From Desulfobacteraceae bacterium UBA2174 (GTDB lineage Bacteria > Desulfobacterota > Desulfobacteria > Desulfobacterales > UBA2174), in assembly GCA_002327445.1 (NCBI GenBank), contig DCWA01000019.1:7035-71034 (forward strand): a stretch of 64,000 nucleotides of DNA, written 5' to 3'. A program made the translations under genes and the position numbers. The first letter of the stretch is position 1; every line of letters begins with the position of its first letter. Below the pieces are notes generated by a model. It worked only from the letters and a program-made list of their open reading frames with translations, was not told the origin of the DNA and did not search any database. Positions 45,965 through 55,546 of the stretch are shown here, piece after piece.

Positions 45965-47116
45965 ATGAACGAAGACAACTGGCGCATCGTCAACCCCGAC
46001 GGTAAAAATCGCGTCATCGTCACCCGGGACCTGCCCGGAGAACGGTGGGTGGATATTCTCGTGGCCGCCGGTTGCCGGGTGGAAATTTTTACCGGGACCG
46101 CAGAGCTGTCCTCTGACGAAATCCGCCATGCGATGGGATCGCGTTGCGACGCCGTCATCGGTCAGCTTGTGGAGAGTTGGGACGATGCCCTGTTCGAGGG
46201 CCTCAAGGCGGCAGGAGGGAGGGCCTACAGCAATTACGCTGTGGGGTTCAACAACATCGATTTGGCGGCCGCCACCCGTTGCGGCATCCCGGTGGGCAAC
46301 ACGCCGGGAGTCCTCACCGAGGCGACCGCCGAGCTGGCGGTGGCCTTGACTTTTGCCGCGGCACGCCGCATCGGCGAGGCCGAGCGGTATCTGCGGGCCG
46401 GAAAATGGGATCGCTGGCTGCCGAGACTGTTTCTGGGGACCCAGTTGCGGGGCAAGACGGTCGGCATCATCGGTGCCGGCCGCATCGGTTCCGCCTATGC
46501 CCGCATGATGATGGAAGGCCACAAGGCGGACATTCTCTACTACAGCCGTCACCCAAAACCGGCTCTGGAGTCCTTCGCTGCGGCCTACAACCGGTTTCTC
46601 GCCATGCGGCAGGAGCCGGCGGTGGTTTGCCGGTACGCCAAAACGATCGAGGGCCTGCTGAAAGAGACCGACTGCGTCAGCATTCACGTGCCGTTGGGCC
46701 ATGGCACAAGGCACCTGATCAATGCCGAACGTCTGGCGCTGATGAAACCGGAAGGCGTGCTGGTCAACACCAGCCGTGGGCCGGTGATCGACGAAGCGGC
46801 TCTGGTGGACCATTGCCGCCAGCATCCCGAATTTCGGGCGGGTCTGGATGTCTACGAGAATGAGCCGGAGTTGGCGCCGGGATTGGTGGAACTGGAAAAC
46901 GTGGTGTTGGCGCCGCACATCGGGTCAGCCACCCGCTGGGCGCGAGAAGGCATGGCGACCTTGGCCGCATTTAACGTGGCCGCCATGCTGGTGGGCAATC
47001 CGGTGTGGCATCGCCCCGACATCGACGCCTTCCTCAAGGCGGATCCGCCGCCCGCCGCGCCAAGCATTCTCAACGCCACGGAATTGGGGCTGCCGCTATA
47101 CGGGGCAATGGAGTGA
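45965..47116 (+). CDS. D-isomer-specific 2-hydroxyacid dehydrogenase (hydroxypyruvate/glyoxylate reductase-like)
   Basis: GKTVGIIGAGRIGSAYARMM (NAD fold), ...NTSRGPVIDE..L......GLDVYE.EP...L....NVVL.PHIGSAT. Confidence 0.8.
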   Translation: MNEDNWRIVNPDGKNRVIVTRDLPGERWVDILVAAGCRVEIFTGTAELSSDEIRHAMGSRCDAVIGQLVESWDDALFEGLKAAGGRAYSNYAVGFNNIDLAAATRCGIPVGNTPGVLTEATAELAVALTFAAARRIGEAERYLRAGKWDRWLPRLFLGTQLRGKTVGIIGAGRIGSAYARMMMEGHKADILYYSRHPKPALESFAAAYNRFLAMRQEPAVVCRYAKTIEGLLKETDCVSIHVPLGHGTRHLINAERLALMKPEGVLVNTSRGPVIDEAALVDHCRQHPEFRAGLDVYENEPELAPGLVELENVVLAPHIGSATRWAREGMATLAAFNVAAMLVGNPVWHRPDIDAFLKADPPPAAPSILNATELGLPLYGAME

Positions 47117-47142
47117 ACCGGCCTGGCCGATGCGGCAACGCT

Positions 47143-47463
47143 TCAGCAGTACTTCTCGAAAAAGCCATCCACCAGCGGTTCGTAAATCCGGTACTCGGTT
47201 TTAACACCGGCAATGGCGTCGATCTGGCGCTGAATGGCGGCCCGCTCCTCGCTGTTAAACCAGTTTTTCCAGGCTTCGAGCGATTCCCAGGTACTGCGAA
47301 CCAGATAAGCCTTTTCGTCAAGCGGTTCGATGCAGCGCAACGATGCGCTGCAGATGTAGCCGGGCCGGGACTTGGCCAGAGATCTCAACTTGATCATAAG
47401 CGGCGCCACCTGCTTGGCCTTTTCCTCGACAAATTCCCTTCGGATCAACACTTCGATGCTCAT
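47143..47463 (-). CDS. Antibiotic-biosynthesis-monooxygenase (ABM) domain protein
   Basis: MSIEVLIRREFVEEKAKQVAPLMIKLRSLA...STWESLEAWKNWFNSEER. ATG at 47463 preferred. Confidence 0.6.
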   Translation of the reverse strand: MSIEVLIRREFVEEKAKQVAPLMIKLRSLAKSRPGYICSASLRCIEPLDEKAYLVRSTWESLEAWKNWFNSEERAAIQRQIDAIAGVKTEYRIYEPLVDGFFEKYC

Positions 47464-47802
47464 CGTAGCCTCTTTTCCGAACCCCCGGCAATCCATCTGG
47501 TGGGACCCACCGATATTTGTTTCTTTAATATGCGTATCGCTTTCATCCTGAAACGGCAACCTCTATCGCGTTCTTCGGCAGAAAATGCAGGATGCGATCG
47601 GGTCGTTCCGCCGCGCAGCGGATGTGCCGACCAGGGTTTGGAAAATAAATGAATAGAGGTTCATTGCTCTCCTTGCGGTTAAAACGGGACCCGAGATGCG
47701 GTTCGGTTCGGCGTTCCAGGCGGTTTAATATAAAGTTATCCATTTGAATATAAATGTAAATATTTCATTTTACAAAATTGGTGAAACGATTTGACTTTCC
47801 CC

Positions 47803-47848
47803 TTGACATGGGGTTGTCGCTTTTGGTAGATGAATGAATATTCATTCA
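47803..47848 (+). promoter_or_regulatory. Candidate promoter (TTGACA-18-TAGATG) overlapped by a perfect 18-bp palindrome TGAATGAATATTCATTCA (operator)
   Basis: The palindrome at 47831-47848 was verified as its own reverse complement. A third half-site, TTCATTCA, lies at 47861-47868. The element is 45 nt upstream of the fad-like ATG. Confidence 0.55.
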
Positions 47849-47892
47849 CTTATAGTTGCCTTCATTCATCCATCGTTTTCGAGGAGGATCCC

Positions 47893-50301
47893 ATGCACAG
47901 AAAGATCAGAACGGCCGCGGTGCTCGGCTCCGGCGTGATGGGAGGCGGGATCGCCGCCATCCTGGCCAGCGCCGGCGTCAAAACCCTGTTGCTGGACATT
48001 GTTCCTTTCGATTTGACCGAAGACCAGAAAAAAGATCCGAAGCTGCGCAACCGGATCGTCCAGGCCGGATACGACACGGTGGTCAAGTCCCGTCCGGCCC
48101 TGTTGATGCAAGCCAAGGATGCCGGCCTGATCCGCCTGGGCAATTTCGAGGATGATTTCGCCAAGTTGGCGGACGTGGACTGGATCGTCGAGGTGGTGGT
48201 GGAAAACCTCAAGATCAAGCGCGAGGTCTTCGCCCGCATCGACAAGGTCCGCAAGCCCGGCACCATCGTCTCCTCCAACACCTCCGGAATCCCCCTCAAG
48301 GCGATGAGCGAGGGCCTCAGCGAAGATTTCCGCAGGCACTTCCTCGGCACCCATTTCTTCAACCCCGTACGATACATGCACCTGCTGGAGATCATCCCCG
48401 GCCCCGACACCCTGCCTGAAATCCTGAAGTTCATGGCCGATTTCGGTGAAAAACGCCTCGGCAAGGGGATCGTGTGGGCCAAGGACACCCCCAATTTCGT
48501 GGGCAACCGCATCGGCGTCCAGGGGATGGTCAAGGCGATGCAGCTCATGGTCGAAGACGGGTTGACGATTCCCGAGGCCGACGCTCTGTTCGGCCCGGTG
48601 ATGGGCCGGCCCAAAACGGCCATGTTCAAGACGGCCGACCTGGTGGGCCTGGACACCCTGGGCCACGTGGCCAAGAATACCTACGAACTGGTCACGGATG
48701 ACGAGGAACGCGACAGCTTCGTGGTGCCCGCCTTCGTCAACCAGATGATTGAAAAGAAGATTCTGGGCAACAAGACCAAGGCCGGCTTCTACAAGACGGA
48801 CCTGACCCCCGAGTGGAAGAAGATTCGCAAGGTCATCGATCCGGCGACCCTGGAATACGCCGAGTACGGCAAAGCCGATTTTCCCTGCCTGGCGGCAGCC
48901 AAGGCAGCCAAGAGCCTGCCGGAAAAAATGCAGGCCGTGGTGTACGGCGACGACAAGGGGGCCCGCTTCGCCTGGAAAGCCACCGCCAGCCAGTTGATCT
49001 ACTCGGCCAACCGTATCCCCGAGATCTCCGACACCATCGTGGAAATCGACAACGCGATGAAGTGGGGCTACAACTTCGAAATGGGGCCGTTCGAGACCTG
49101 GGATGCCATCGGCGTCGAAAAAGCCGCCGCCAAGATGAAGTCCGAGGGGATGAAGGTCCCGGCCAAGGTCGAGGCGATGCTCGCTGCCGGCAACCGGACC
49201 TTCTACAAGACCGAAGGCGGCCGGCGCTACTTCTACGATTTTGCCAGCGGCAGCTACCAGCCGGTGCCGGTGAGCGAAACCCAGATCGACCTGCCGGCCC
49301 TCAAGGGCGCCGGCAAGACCATCAAGACGTGCAAGTCGGCCAGCCTGATCGATCTTGGCGATGACGTGTTTTGTCTCGAGTTCCATACCAAGATGAACGC
49401 CATCAACGGAGATATCGTCGAGTTCATGGGCGACGCCATCGACTACGTCGAAGCCAATGGGGCCGGTTTGGTGATCGGCAATCAGGCCGGTGGCATGCCG
49501 GGAGCTTTCTCCGCCGGTGGCGACCTGGCTTTCATGGCCGGCTTGGCCAAGGCGGGCAAGTTCGACGAGATCGACGCCTTCCTGAAGAAGGGCCAGGACG
49601 GGATGCAAAAAACCCGTTATGCCAGCTTCCCGGTGGTGGCGGCCCCCTACGGGCTGACCCTGGGCGGCGGTTGTGAAGTGTGCATCGGCGCCGCCGACCG
49701 GATCGTGGCCCATGCCGAACTGTACATGGGGCTGGTGGAAATCGGCGTTGGCCTGCTTCCCGGCGGCGGCGGGTGTCTGAACCTGTACAAGAAGATGACC
49801 GCCAACATTCCGGAGAACGTCACCGACGTGGACCTGGCCAAGTTCTTCGTTCCGTGCTTCATGAACATCGCCATGGCCAAGGTGAGCACCTCGGCCGCCG
49901 AGGCCCGGGCCAACGGGTTCCTCGGACCGCAGGACCGGATCGTGTTCAACCGCGACCTGCTCATCGGCGAGGCCAAGCGCGAAGTGCTGCGGATGGTGGA
50001 GGACGGGTATGCCCCGCCGGTACGTCGGCCGCTGCGGGTTTTCGGCGAGGCGGCACAGGGAATGATCCAGGCCGAGCTGTTCAACATGCAAAGCGCGGGT
50101 TTTGTCAGCGAGTACGACGTCTTTCTGGCCAAGCGCATCGCCTACGTGATCTGCGGCGGGGACGCCCGCACCAATGCCCTGATCGACGAGCAGACCATCC
50201 TGAATCTGGAGCGGCAGGCCTTCTGCGACTTCTGGAAGCAGGAAAAGACCCGGGCCCGCGTCGAGACGATGCTCAAGACTGGCAAGCCACTGCGCAACTA
50301 A
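47893..50301 (+). CDS. Multifunctional 3-hydroxyacyl-CoA dehydrogenase / enoyl-CoA hydratase
   Basis: ATG at 47893 after GAGGAGGA. N-terminal Rossmann AAVLGSGVMGGGIAAILA. C-terminal crotonase-like ...GAFSAGGDLAFM... Confidence 0.85.
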   Translation: MHRKIRTAAVLGSGVMGGGIAAILASAGVKTLLLDIVPFDLTEDQKKDPKLRNRIVQAGYDTVVKSRPALLMQAKDAGLIRLGNFEDDFAKLADVDWIVEVVVENLKIKREVFARIDKVRKPGTIVSSNTSGIPLKAMSEGLSEDFRRHFLGTHFFNPVRYMHLLEIIPGPDTLPEILKFMADFGEKRLGKGIVWAKDTPNFVGNRIGVQGMVKAMQLMVEDGLTIPEADALFGPVMGRPKTAMFKTADLVGLDTLGHVAKNTYELVTDDEERDSFVVPAFVNQMIEKKILGNKTKAGFYKTDLTPEWKKIRKVIDPATLEYAEYGKADFPCLAAAKAAKSLPEKMQAVVYGDDKGARFAWKATASQLIYSANRIPEISDTIVEIDNAMKWGYNFEMGPFETWDAIGVEKAAAKMKSEGMKVPAKVEAMLAAGNRTFYKTEGGRRYFYDFASGSYQPVPVSETQIDLPALKGAGKTIKTCKSASLIDLGDDVFCLEFHTKMNAINGDIVEFMGDAIDYVEANGAGLVIGNQAGGMPGAFSAGGDLAFMAGLAKAGKFDEIDAFLKKGQDGMQKTRYASFPVVAAPYGLTLGGGCEVCIGAADRIVAHAELYMGLVEIGVGLLPGGGGCLNLYKKMTANIPENVTDVDLAKFFVPCFMNIAMAKVSTSAAEARANGFLGPQDRIVFNRDLLIGEAKREVLRMVEDGYAPPVRRPLRVFGEAAQGMIQAELFNMQSAGFVSEYDVFLAKRIAYVICGGDARTNALIDEQTILNLERQAFCDFWKQEKTRARVETMLKTGKPLRN

Positions 50302-50345
50302 TCGCCCGGATCGCTTTTTAAAGCGTTGATGAGGAGGATCGCACC

Positions 50346-51530
50346 ATGAGAGACGCCTATATCGTAACTGCCGTCAGAACCCCCGGCTGCCGACGCGGCA
50401 AAGGGGCCTTCAAGGACACGCGGCCCGAGGATCTGCTCAGCTTCATTCTCAATGCCGCCATCGACAGAACCCCCGGCCTGGAAAAGGGCCAGGTGGATGA
50501 CGTGATGATCGGCTGCTCGTTCCCCGAGGCCGAGCAAGGGCTCAACGTGGGCCGGATCGCCACCCAGATCGCCGGCTTTCCCGATCATGTCTCGGGTGCC
50601 ACGGTCAACCGTTTCTGCTCCTCGGGCCTGGAAGCCATCGCCCAGTCGGCCATGCGCGTCATGTCCGGCTGGTCGGAGATCACCATCGGCGGCGGCCTTG
50701 AGTCCATGACGTATGTGCCCATGGGCGGCAACATGGCCCGGCCCCATCCGGAGTACACCCGCGAGCGCCCGGACCTGTACATCTCCATGGGTATGACGGC
50801 CGAAAACGTAGCCAAGCGCTACAACGTCAGCCGTCAGGACCAGGACCAGTTCGGCTATGAAAGCCAGATGAAGGCTTCCAAGGCCAAGGCGGAAAAGCTC
50901 TACACCGAGCTGGTGCCCACCCCGGCGACGCGCTTCGTGCTCCAGAAGGACGGCACCTACAAGAAGGAGGCAGTGCTCCAAGACTTCGACGACGGGATCC
51001 GCGAGTCCACCACCCTGGAGGGTCTGGCCAAGCTGCGTCCGGCCTTCTCGCCCACCGGTTCGGTCACCGCCGGCAACTCGTCCCAGACCACCGACGGTGC
51101 CGCCGTTTCGATCCTCATGAGCGAGCAGGCGGTCAAGGATTTCGGGCTCAAGCCCATCGCCAAGCTCAAGTATTACACCACGGTGGGCTGCCGGGCCGAC
51201 GAGATGGGCGTGGGGCCGCGCTACGCCATCCCCAAGCTGCTCAAGCTGGCCGGCATGACCATCGACGACATCGGTCTGTGGGAGATCAACGAAGCCTTCG
51301 CTTCCCAGGCGCTCTACTGCATCCGTGAGCTCGGTCTGGTCAAGTACATGGACCGGATCAACATCCACGGCGGCGCCATCGCCCTGGGCCACCCGTTGGG
51401 CTGCACCGGGGCCAAGCTCTGCGCCACGCTGCTGGCCAACATGCGCACCAAGGGCGTCAAGTACGGCGTCGAATCCATGTGCATCGGCGGCGGCATGGGG
51501 GCGGCGGCCCTCTTCGAGCTGTGCGATTGA
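50346..51530 (+). CDS. fadA: Acetyl-CoA C-acyltransferase (3-ketoacyl-CoA thiolase)
   Basis: MRDAYIVTAVRTPG..., ...VNRFCSSGLEAI (nucleophile Cys), ...NEAFA..., ...GGAIALGHPLGCTGA. Confidence 0.9.
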   Translation: MRDAYIVTAVRTPGCRRGKGAFKDTRPEDLLSFILNAAIDRTPGLEKGQVDDVMIGCSFPEAEQGLNVGRIATQIAGFPDHVSGATVNRFCSSGLEAIAQSAMRVMSGWSEITIGGGLESMTYVPMGGNMARPHPEYTRERPDLYISMGMTAENVAKRYNVSRQDQDQFGYESQMKASKAKAEKLYTELVPTPATRFVLQKDGTYKKEAVLQDFDDGIRESTTLEGLAKLRPAFSPTGSVTAGNSSQTTDGAAVSILMSEQAVKDFGLKPIAKLKYYTTVGCRADEMGVGPRYAIPKLLKLAGMTIDDIGLWEINEAFASQALYCIRELGLVKYMDRINIHGGAIALGHPLGCTGAKLCATLLANMRTKGVKYGVESMCIGGGMGAAALFELCD

Positions 51531-51579
51531 ATCGGTGCGGCATTCATTTCGGGATGCCGCGCGGGATAGGGTGAGAAAC

Positions 51580-51617
51580 GGGGCCGGTTCCTTCTTGTGG
51601 GGCCGGCCCCTGTTTTT
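51580..51617 (+). terminator. Rho-independent terminator
   Basis: GGGGCCGG/CCGGCCCC stem followed by TGTTTTT. A 7-bp hairpin GCGGCAT/ATGCCGC precedes it. Confidence 0.65.
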
Positions 51618-51789
51618 CCCCTCGCCTGGTTCCCGGCGGAACTCCAGCAACGTTTGTTGACTGTTTGACGCCGGCGTGTTTTTGTGGGGGGCAACACAAC
51701 GGGACCGCTCCGGCTCTGAAGGAAGACCCGCGTCGGGTCCGCCTCCGGGCGTGTTCTGATACAACGCAAAAAAAAATCCAGGAGATACC

Positions 51790-52620
51790 ATGGATGCCGA
51801 GTTGCACCGACTTGTCGAATCGTTCGCCCGCAGCGGGGGAAATTTGCTGGTGGTTACCGGGGAAGGGGTGGCCGAGGAATGCGGAGTTGCGTCGTTTCGT
51901 ACGGATCCGCGGCCATTTGGTTATCGGGGGAAGTCTTACGAGGTCCGGGAGTTGATGACCTCGGAGCTGTTCGAGCAGGCCCCCGAGGCCGTCTGGGCCT
52001 GGCACCTGTGGCGGCTGGAAGAGGTGCGTCGGGGGCAGCCGGGATTGGTTCATCAGGCCGCCGCTCGTGCCGCCGAGAGATTGGGAGATCGATTGAGGGT
52101 GGTCACCGAATGCGTGGACGGATTACATCGACGCTGCCAACACCCCGCCGAAGGCCTGTTCGAACCGCAAGGCAACCTCTTTTTCATGCGTTGTGCCGAA
52201 GGGTGCACCCCCGCGCTGTACCCGGTTCCGGAGGCCCTCCTCGGGCGCACGGCCCATCAACCCCTCACGGCAACGGAAATGGCCTTGCTGCGTTGCCCGG
52301 CCTGTGGCGGGCCGACCCGTCCGCATATCCTCTGGCGTGACGAGAGCTACGATGAACCCTTCTACGGCGTCAACAGCGTTCTGGAAACGGCCCGGCGCAG
52401 CGAATTGCTCGTCATGGCCGGTTTTTCCGGCCACACCAACCTGGCCAACAAGGTGGCCTGGGAAATTACCCACAATCACCGGGCACGCATCGTGGACATC
52501 AACCCCGAACCCAACCCGGTGGCGGCCCTGGCCCGTCGCATCGGCGGACTCGCCTATCGCGAGTCGCCATCGGGGCTGCTGCCGTCGATTTTGGAAGCTT
52601 TTGTCGCCGCGGCGGGCTGA
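51790..52620 (+). CDS. Divergent Sir2/sirtuin-family homolog with substituted catalytic motifs
   Basis: LLVVTGEGVAEECGVASFR (vs GAGISxxSGIPxFR), VVTECVDGLH (vs QNIDxLH), LFEPQGNLFFMRC (vs xxHGxxxxxxC), zinc ribbon C..C / CPAC. Confidence 0.6.
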   Translation: MDAELHRLVESFARSGGNLLVVTGEGVAEECGVASFRTDPRPFGYRGKSYEVRELMTSELFEQAPEAVWAWHLWRLEEVRRGQPGLVHQAAARAAERLGDRLRVVTECVDGLHRRCQHPAEGLFEPQGNLFFMRCAEGCTPALYPVPEALLGRTAHQPLTATEMALLRCPACGGPTRPHILWRDESYDEPFYGVNSVLETARRSELLVMAGFSGHTNLANKVAWEITHNHRARIVDINPEPNPVAALARRIGGLAYRESPSGLLPSILEAFVAAAG

Positions 52621-52628
52621 AACGGCTT

Positions 52629-54032
52629 TTACTGGCGGTAATTCTCGGCGCTGATGTTGTAGCGCCGCATGATCTGTTGCAGGGCCTGGCGCTCCAGGCC
52701 GCAGTCGCGAGCCGCCTGGGTCACGTTGCCGCCGGTGTCGGTCAGGCGCCGGCCGATGTAGCGGGCGTTGAAGGCTTCCAGCACCTTGGCCTTGGCTTCC
52801 TTGTAAGTCAGCCGGAGCAGTTCTTCATCCATTCCCGTGGGAATTCCGGCGGCCGCTTCCTGCGGCCCCCCCAAGCCCACCTCGGCTGGCTGGATCTCGA
52901 CTCCGTCCGCGAACAGGATCCCCTGGATGATCAGATTTTCCATCTCGCGGACATTGCCGGTCCAGGCCCGTTTTTTGAAAATTTCCATCAGTTCCGGCGA
53001 AAGCCGCTTCAACGGGCGATCCAGGGCGGCGCAGTGCTTGCGCAGCAGGTGGCCGGCGATCAACGGAAGGTCATCCACATGTTCCTGAAGGGAGGGCAGG
53101 CGCAGGGGCAGGACGTTGAGTCGGTGGAAGAGGTCCTCCCGGAATTCCCCGCGGCTGATCTTGGCGGCCAGGTCCTGGTTGGTGGAGGCGACAATGCGCA
53201 CGTCCACGGAGATGGTGCGGGTGTCCCCCAGGGGCTTGATCTCCTTTTCCTGGAGCACGCGGAGCAGTTTGGCCTGCATGGCCAGACTGATGTCGCCGAT
53301 TTCGTCGAGGAAAATGGTTCCCCCCGAGGCTTCCTGAAACAGGCCGATCTTGTTCTGGGTGGCGTGGGTGAAAGCGCCCTTGCGGTAGCCGAAGAGTTCG
53401 CTTTCCAGGATCTGTTCCGGCACCGTGGGGCAGTTGACCGCCACGAAGGGACCGCTGCGACGGGGGCTGAGCTGGTGTACGGCCCGCGCCGCCAGATCCT
53501 TGCCCACCCCGGAGGCACCGGTGATCAGTACCGTCAGGTCGGTCTGGGCCACGGTGCGGATGGTCTCGTAGACGCGCTTCATGATGGTGCTGTTGCCCAC
53601 CAGGTCCTGGAGTCCGTCGCGCTGGCCGCGATCGATGCGCAGTTGCCGGTTTTCACGGATGAGCAGGGCCCTTTCCAAGGCCTTTTCCAAACGGACCAGA
53701 AGCGCGTCGTATTCGAAGGGCTTGACGATGAAATCGTAGGCGCCATGCCGCATGGCGGTGACCGCCGTGTCGATCCCCCCGTAGGCCGTCATCATCACCA
53801 CTGTCTGCTGCGGATGCTGGCTCTTGATCAGGCCCAGCAACTCCAAGCCGCCCATGCCCGGCATCTTGATATCCGCCAGAACAAGGTCGAAGGAGCTATC
53901 GGACAGCTTTTTCAGGGCCTCTTCGCCGGTGCCGGCGGTGACCACGCGACAGTTGAGGTCCGGTTCCAGGCTGCGTTGGAGCAGGTCGCGCATGTCCTGT
54001 TCGTCATCGACGACCAGAATGGTTTGCTTCAT
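52629..54032 (-). CDS. Sigma-54-dependent response regulator (NtrC family)
   Basis: MKQTILVVDDE...DLVLADIKMPGMGG (receiver), GASGVGKD...GAFT...ESELFGY (AAA+ with GAFTGA-like loop), C-terminal HTH. An alternative ATG at 54050 overlaps the kinase stop. Confidence 0.85.
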   Translation of the reverse strand: MKQTILVVDDEQDMRDLLQRSLEPDLNCRVVTAGTGEEALKKLSDSSFDLVLADIKMPGMGGLELLGLIKSQHPQQTVVMMTAYGGIDTAVTAMRHGAYDFIVKPFEYDALLVRLEKALERALLIRENRQLRIDRGQRDGLQDLVGNSTIMKRVYETIRTVAQTDLTVLITGASGVGKDLAARAVHQLSPRRSGPFVAVNCPTVPEQILESELFGYRKGAFTHATQNKIGLFQEASGGTIFLDEIGDISLAMQAKLLRVLQEKEIKPLGDTRTISVDVRIVASTNQDLAAKISRGEFREDLFHRLNVLPLRLPSLQEHVDDLPLIAGHLLRKHCAALDRPLKRLSPELMEIFKKRAWTGNVREMENLIIQGILFADGVEIQPAEVGLGGPQEAAAGIPTGMDEELLRLTYKEAKAKVLEAFNARYIGRRLTDTGGNVTQAARDCGLERQALQQIMRRYNISAENYRQ

Positions 54033-54046
54033 GAGCCGCTTTCCTC

Positions 54047-55546
54047 TCATCCACGGCGCAGCGGTAGGGTCACCGTAAAGGTGGACCCTTCTCCGGGAAC
54101 ACTGCGAACGGCGATATCGCCGCCGTGGTTCTTGACGATCCCGTAGCTGACCGACAATCCCAAACCCGTCCCCTCACCGGTGGGTTTGGTTGTGAAGAAC
54201 GGATCGAAGATCCGGCCGAGATTTTTCTTTTCGATGCCGCAGCCGTCGTCGGAGACGCGGATCTCGATGGCATCCCCGCCTGGGCACAGGACGGTTTCGA
54301 TATGGATCGTTCCCTGTTGGCCCACCGCATGGTGGGCGTTGACGATCAGGTTGAGGATCACCTGGCGCATCTTTTTTTCATCCAGCAGCAGCGGCGGGAT
54401 GCTTTCGTTGTAACGGCGCTCGATGATCACCTTCTCGCGGCGGGCGTGCTGGGCAAAAAAATTGACCGCATCGTCGATGACGGCATGAATGTCCGTATGC
54501 GTGTTGACCGGGGGGGAGGAGCGGGCGAAATTGAGCAGGTCCTCGACGATGGCCTTGCAATTGCGCACGTGCTTCTCGATGGTTTTCAAGTCGGCCTGAC
54601 GTTTGCTGCCGGCCTCTTCTCCCCGCAGCAGCAGTTGGGTGTAGCCCAGGATGATGCCCAGGGGGTTGTTGATCTCGTGGGCGATGCCGGCGGAAAATTC
54701 TCCGATGGAGGCCAGCTTGTCGGTCTGGGCCATCTGTTTTTCCATCTGCCGGCGCTGTTCGATATCCTTGATCAGCAGGTGAAAGGTATCCACGCCGGCG
54801 ACGGAGCGGTCCCGGCTGCCGCTGATCAAGGCCATGCGATGGCTGCCGTCCGGGCGAAGCAGCATCAATTCGGCGCTGGTGATGAAACGATTGGCGTCGA
54901 TGGTCGCGCGAATGGACTCCCAGGACCGCTCGTCGGCGAGGAAATTCTGGATGTGGGCGCCCACCGGTCCGAGCGGATAGGGCAAGTTGCCGGACAGGGC
55001 CTCGTAGCCGGCCGGGTTGAGGTCGAGAATGCGTCCCTCGCTGCTGGTCACCACCACGATGTCCGGCGACAGCTCGAAAATACGGCGATATTTGTGTTCC
55101 GAGCGGCTCAGGGCTTCGGTGCGCTCGGCCACGAGGGTTTCGAGGTTCTGGTTGAGGTCGACCAGTTTCGCATGGGCATCCTGAATTTCGGCCTTGTCGC
55201 CCTGGATCTGCCGGTAGGCGGCCCAGACCTGCTCGAAGTAGAGGGTTACCGAGGCCACCACGGCGAACATCAGGGTGTTGAAGGCGCCGGTGAACGGGCT
55301 GATGGCGCGCCAGATTTCCCCATGGCCGCCGAAAATCAAGAGCTGGCGCAGGATATGACCGGCGGAGCGGGAGATGGCGAAACCGGCCAAACCGAGGCAC
55401 ACCCACCAGAGGTAAGACCAAAGGAGCTCATCCGGGGACCGGCGCCGCAAGCGGGCCACGTTGGACAGGCAGAAAAATGACAGCACGATCATGGCGATCG
55501 AGCCGAACAGATCCACCAGAAGGATGGGGACCGAGTTGACCGTCAT
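54047..55546 (-). CDS. Membrane sensor histidine kinase (4 TM + PAS + HisKA + HATPase)
   Basis: ATG at 55546. ...SAGIAHEINNPL (H-box), ...DDGCGI..., ...GTGLGLSVSYGIV. The track ORF of 685 aa is over-extended upstream. Confidence 0.85.
   Translation of the reverse strand: MTVNSVPILLVDLFGSIAMIVLSFFCLSNVARLRRRSPDELLWSYLWWVCLGLAGFAISRSAGHILRQLLIFGGHGEIWRAISPFTGAFNTLMFAVVASVTLYFEQVWAAYRQIQGDKAEIQDAHAKLVDLNQNLETLVAERTEALSRSEHKYRRIFELSPDIVVVTSSEGRILDLNPAGYEALSGNLPYPLGPVGAHIQNFLADERSWESIRATIDANRFITSAELMLLRPDGSHRMALISGSRDRSVAGVDTFHLLIKDIEQRRQMEKQMAQTDKLASIGEFSAGIAHEINNPLGIILGYTQLLLRGEEAGSKRQADLKTIEKHVRNCKAIVEDLLNFARSSPPVNTHTDIHAVIDDAVNFFAQHARREKVIIERRYNESIPPLLLDEKKMRQVILNLIVNAHHAVGQQGTIHIETVLCPGGDAIEIRVSDDGCGIEKKNLGRIFDPFFTTKPTGEGTGLGLSVSYGIVKNHGGDIAVRSVPGEGSTFTVTLPLRRG

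Noticed and set aside
47866-51791. 741-aa (47866-50091) and 497-aa (50298-51791) minus-strand ORFs
   Set aside because: Antisense to the hydroxyacyl-CoA dehydrogenase/hydratase and thiolase genes. High-GC artefacts.
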